Below, piece by piece: positions 59,496-64,000 of a stretch of DNA of 64,000 bases (within the stretch, counting starts at the first letter, position 1; each line of letters opens with the position of its first letter). A program made the position numbers and the translations under genes. Origin of the DNA: Fimicolochytrium jonesii (lineage: Eukaryota); contig NW_026515691.1 of NCBI RefSeq assembly GCF_025526975.1, positions 1-64,000 on the forward strand, given 5' to 3'. Below the pieces are notes generated by a model, which was not told the DNA's origin, made no database searches, and saw nothing but the letters and a program-made list of their open reading frames with translations.

Positions 59496-62400
59496 TTACG
59501 ACAAAGCCCAGCTTGCTGCCATCTGCTGGTGAGATACGCCGTCAACGATCCCAGGGAGGGACATGTTTCCCGCAAGCGGCTGGTCACCCCATTGGGGAGG
59601 TGCTTGGAGAGAGCCGTTCTCTTTCTCGTTGCCAACCACCGAAGGGACGATGTCATCTCCGAGGGTGAGCTTGGAGAAGTCGAGGTCATCGATGGACGCG
59701 CTGTTGAGGGACGAGCGCGACTGACTTCGGCTGACCGGCGAATCGCAGGTTTGGTCGCCCCGGGAAGGCTTGGGCCACTGGCCTACTTGCCCGTCGAAGT
59801 CGTCGAACGAGACTTTGCGAGGAGAGCCACGGCCTTCGTTGACCGAGTTGCCGCGGTGAGGGAGACCGGCGTTGTCGCGGCTGAAGAGAACGTCGGAACG
59901 AGGGCGGATGGCCATCGTCGGCGGGGGGAAGGGCTCCTCTTCCCCGGCGCATGGGCCCTCAGTGAGGAAAATCTTCGGGCGCCAGTCGTGGGCTTCCAAC
60001 ATCACACTAGGAGCGAATAGAGGTCAGAACCCGTCACCGCTGTATGAGACCAGGAAGAAGGACATACCTCGAGTTCCTGAACTTCTGGATCAAGGCGTTC
60101 CTGCCTTGTATGTTCGCGTAGCTTAAGGTGCACACTTTGTCGCTGTTAAACTTCGACCTGATGATTGGGAAGAGTTAAGGAACCACGTCGGCCAGTTGAG
60201 GGACGAATATCAAGCCTTACCATTTCTTGCCAACAACCCTTTCAGCGAACGAAAGGACAGCTGCCGAGCCGTTGAAGTTGATGAAAGCATAACCGACGTT
60301 GCATCGGTTCTTAAAGTCCATTCGCAGGTACAAGAAATCAAATTGGCCCTTGTGAGTCCGATTCAAAAATGCAATCAACATTTCCTGAGGGAGTCAAATG
60401 GGAACGTTAGCCGATGTTCAATCATCCAGAGGAGTCTCGCGAGAACACATACCTGGGTATATTTGTTAGGAATATTGCGGATCATAAAGGTCGTGCGGGT
60501 ATCATATCCCATGGCTGCGAAAGAAGCGAGGGTTAGTGTTAGAACTGCGGTGTGTTGCGGAGTGTTGTCTCTCTCAACCAACTCCTACTTACCAATGTTA
60601 TACAAGTTCAACTCATTTGCAGCAGGAATGGAGTGCTCATTGGGTGGAGGGACAGGGTGCAACGGTGAAGGAACTTCCGTGACGGGTGAGCGAGGTCCCG
60701 GGCTCCCAATGCGGAACTTCGGCATCGCCAGCCTGGTGGGAGAAGCTGCAAATCGAGCGCGGCCATTAGGGAACCCGTTGTGTGCCGACATTTGGCTCAT
60801 GTCGGCATGCATGGAATGCTCGAGCTCCCTGGCGAGGGAAGCCGTAACGCAGTTCTCGGATGCTGCGCGACGCAGAGGGCTCGGGCGCATCAGAGACGAA
60901 GACGTGTCAATTTTAAGGCCTCGGTGCTTCAAAGGTTGCCACACGCGTGGTTTGCCCGCCATGCCGTAATGCAGCTCCTCCTATCCGGATGAGTGAGGGT
61001 TAGCTGAGCCTCCAAAACAATGTCTGCGCTGACTTTGGGATGCATACCATCGAGCTGTTGCTTCTATGGTGGTGAGCCATCTCGCTGTGCATGTTTGAGA
61101 CGGAGACAGAGCTAGCGTTGCGTCTCAGACCGATGTTCTGCTCATTATTGTCCAAAATGGGTAGGTGCATAGGGCGGTCAGCGCTTGGAAGGGATGAGCT
61201 GCCGGGGCCCACAGGTATAAAGCGGGGAAAAGCAACGTGTATCGGATGGTCCTATGGAGATATGTACGTTAGTTCGGACCGGTGAGGGTAACAGCATGAA
61301 GTGCTCTGGCATACCTGGATGACGACATCGTGCAGGCCCTCGAATGCACTGCGAGCAACACGAGTGTCGAAGAACTCAACGGCATATGAAGTGTGATTGC
61401 CATAGTTGAAGCTTCGAAGGGAACGAACTCGACCATAGGTCTCCAAAATGTTCTGAGAACAGGGAAAGTCAGATGAAGCCTTCCGGGAACGGTGAAACAC
61501 ACGCAACCAACTTACCACAATCGTGTTATCATCGCGGTACGTCAACCCAGACAGAAGAATCTCTCCTTGATTGTCCAGGAAGTGGGAAACAGACTGGTCG
61601 GAAGGCAGATCAGCGCCATATAGCAGTGCTTGCAGTTGATCCGTGTCAACAAAGTATGTGATGCTTTTGCGATTTCCCAGGTGGGCGTTGCAAAGGGCCT
61701 TGAAAGCATTGACTGCGTGGTCGATGTCGAAGAACATGACAACAACGCCGCTGTACAGGCCTTGCTTGGGTCTGAACATATGCCTGATGTCCCCGTACGC
61801 CTACATGAATCAAAGATGAGTCAAAATTCCAAAATGAAACGTAAAACAGAAGTTCCCACCTGAAGAAAGTTTTTCAACTCTGCCAGACTGAGGTGGACGG
61901 GAAGATTGTCCAGGGCAATGTTGCGGGTCTGGCAAACGCGACAATAGTCCATGGCTGCATCATCAGCCATGCTAACGTCCAACGATACGTTGCCCATTTC
62001 ATTGACGTTCCCAGGCCCTCCATCCATGTTGGAGTGGGAAGGCTCTGCCATGCGGGAGCGCATGTGGGAGATATTGTTCAAGTACCGTGTGGCGCGCTCC
62101 GTGGACAGCGGTGAGAGGGGGGGAGTCACGACTAAAGATTTGCAGAAATAGTTTGTTTCGGATTAGTGCGTAGAACAGGTCACCAAGTCCAAGAGTTTGC
62201 ACGTACTTCGTGGGAACAATGACAAAGCGGCTGGATGGTCAGCTTGGGCCGAGAAAGAGGGGTCTCCTCCGTTGGAATTGCTGTAAGCCGGCTTCAGTCG
62301 TGGGTACGGAGAACGAGCCGGGGTCGGGGGATGGAAGGACCCAACGAATCCTTGCAATCGTGGTGGGCTCTGGTGAACATCCTCATATTCTCGAGGTCGT

Positions 62401-62734
62401 TGCCTGTAGTCCTCGCTCCGATCGTCATAGACTTGGCCGGGGTGTCCTCGTTCCTGAAATGAAACAACTTCCAGCTTCAGCAAAGAACGCTCCTGTTTCA
62501 CGGCCCCTCCCACAACAACGAACTCGCCCGGCTTAGAATACTCACCGAGCTCCACATGTTCGCAGGCTTCCCACGGTCCACATTTCCAGGGAACGACTGC
62601 ATGTAGGCGTCCGGAAAGTAACCTTGCTCGATGCCTCGATCACCTTTCAAGTCTGCACCGTCTGAGCCGGGCGGGCCACGAAAGGCTTGAATCGGTGGCT
62701 GGAGAACGCCAGGGTTTCCGTTTCCCAGCAGCAT
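59496..62734 (-). CDS. MEI2: Mei2-like RRM protein, multi-exon (start codon tentative)
   Basis: Diagnostic RRM3 'DTRTTFMIRNIPNKYTQ|..FDFLYLRMDFKNRCNVGYAFINF...KW|.KFNSDKVCTLSYANIQG..LIQKFRNS|.VM..WRPKIF', plus two upstream RRM-like exons. Confidence 0.9.
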
Positions 62735-63116
62735 TGGTCGTTCGAGTGTAGGTGGCCGTGTATGCGACACGAAGAGTGTGCGGCGAAACGCTGACCGACG
62801 ATGCAGTTATACTGTTCTCCCACGAAGGTGGTTGAGGGATCCGTTCTGAAAGAATGGGTCCGGTTGCAAAATTGGAAGCGGCAAAGCCCTGCGCAGAGAG
62901 AATAAAACAAAACACAAAAAGCCAAAAAGGGGAGGACAGAGGACGGAGGGCTGGCTGGGGGGAGGTTTGAGCGCCTGTGTGATTCCAACTAGCTACGCAT
63001 CCCCTGTGTTGTGCAGGAATGTGGTTGATACTACTGAGAGTGAGGATACTAGAAGTCCTCCTATACTAAGTCCAAAAAAGTGAATGCTCCCAGGTTTAAG
63101 TCCAGGGTTTGCCAAC

Positions 63117-63144
63117 GGGGGGGGGGGGGGGGGGGGGGGGGGGG
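63117..63144. repeat. Poly-G tract (28 nt) upstream of the Mei2-like gene
   Basis: Read directly from the sequence. Confidence 0.9.
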
Positions 63145-64000
63145 TTGGTGGTTGGTGGTATGCGAGCGAGAGAAGGATACTAGCAGGAGCCCGTGGGAAA
63201 TGCAGTATTCGGACAGGCGTCTCGAATATAAAAAAGCCTTGCCAGTGGGTGGGTGTGCTCGTGGTGGTGGTGGGGTGTTTTTTTCTATTCAATTGCAGTG
63301 GACCCCCCCCCAAGCGCCTTGCGTAGCCACGGAGACGCACATCCCCAAGGTCATCAATCATCATCATCATCGCAACGCGGCCGCCAGAGAGCCGGGAGAC
63401 GAGAGAAGGCAAAATGTGATGGCGGCTTCATTGGTTGCCGAGATCCGAGCCGTCGGCACATGATGCATTTGTGCATGTCTGATTACGTAAAGGCGGAGTT
63501 GGCGCGGAGGCATGCCACGTGCAAAAGCCACAACTGGATTACGCCTTTGACACCTGCTGTCACACCCAAAAATATTTTCCATTGATCTCGTTTCCCAGAC
63601 GAAAGATCCGGATGTCGACTAGAGCGGAATCTCAGATAATCCCAAAGAAGCAGATATTCCAAATTCAGACCATCTCAGAGAAAGCCAAAGGTTGCACGCA
63701 ACACCATCGCCAGAATCGCCCACGATATCGCCTCATTGCCGCAATACCCGTTGTACGCTTCATGCAAGTCGAGGCCGGACATCCAGCCGTTTTGCTCTCG
63801 CTACGCCCAGATCCAGGTTGGTAGCCCTCTCGCTGATCATATCACACACCCCATGACAGGTATCCGCTCGCACCTGCCGGGGTTTGAACATTCTCGCATT
63901 CGTCATATTGCGGCTTGGGTTTGGGACCAAAGTTCCCGTGCCGCGTTGCAAACCTCGCTTGGGCTCCTGTACTCTTGGACCCATGTAAGGCTTCTCAGAT

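Noticed and set aside
59052..60969. Long + strand ORFs (322 aa and 257 aa)
   Set aside because: They are antisense shadows of the Mei2-like exons and have no recognisable domains.
54059..62734. ZC3H3/Red5 and Mei2-like genes as a meiotic RNA-control cluster
   Set aside because: They are separated by the unrelated IFT43 and STEEP1 genes; proximity in a compact genome is not evidence of a cluster.

Overview
Gene-dense eukaryotic DNA with short GT-AG introns. Fungal-type genes (Mim1, Rds1-like, Tom1, Mei2-like) occur together with flagellar genes (IFT43, DRC9/IQCG), which points to a zoosporic, chytrid-like fungus. About 17 host protein genes can be reconstructed. A 12-kb PIF/Harbinger transposon (13021-25061, 18-bp TIRs, ATT TSD) carries three nested Ty3/Gypsy chromovirus insertions: a full-length element with a -1 frameshift pseudoknot and a Tf1-type self-priming PBS, an inverted 5'-truncated copy, and a solo LTR that splits the Myb/SANT gene. 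The main find is an unannotated, highly structured non-coding stretch at about 50110-50949 (+). It shows the full telomerase RNA architecture in the expected order: core-enclosing helix, template-boundary hairpin, CCUAACCCUAA template, vertebrate-like pseudoknot, CR4/5 three-way junction with P6.1, and a terminal stem ending at a 5' splice site. All gene identities come from motif recognition by eye; no database searches were run.
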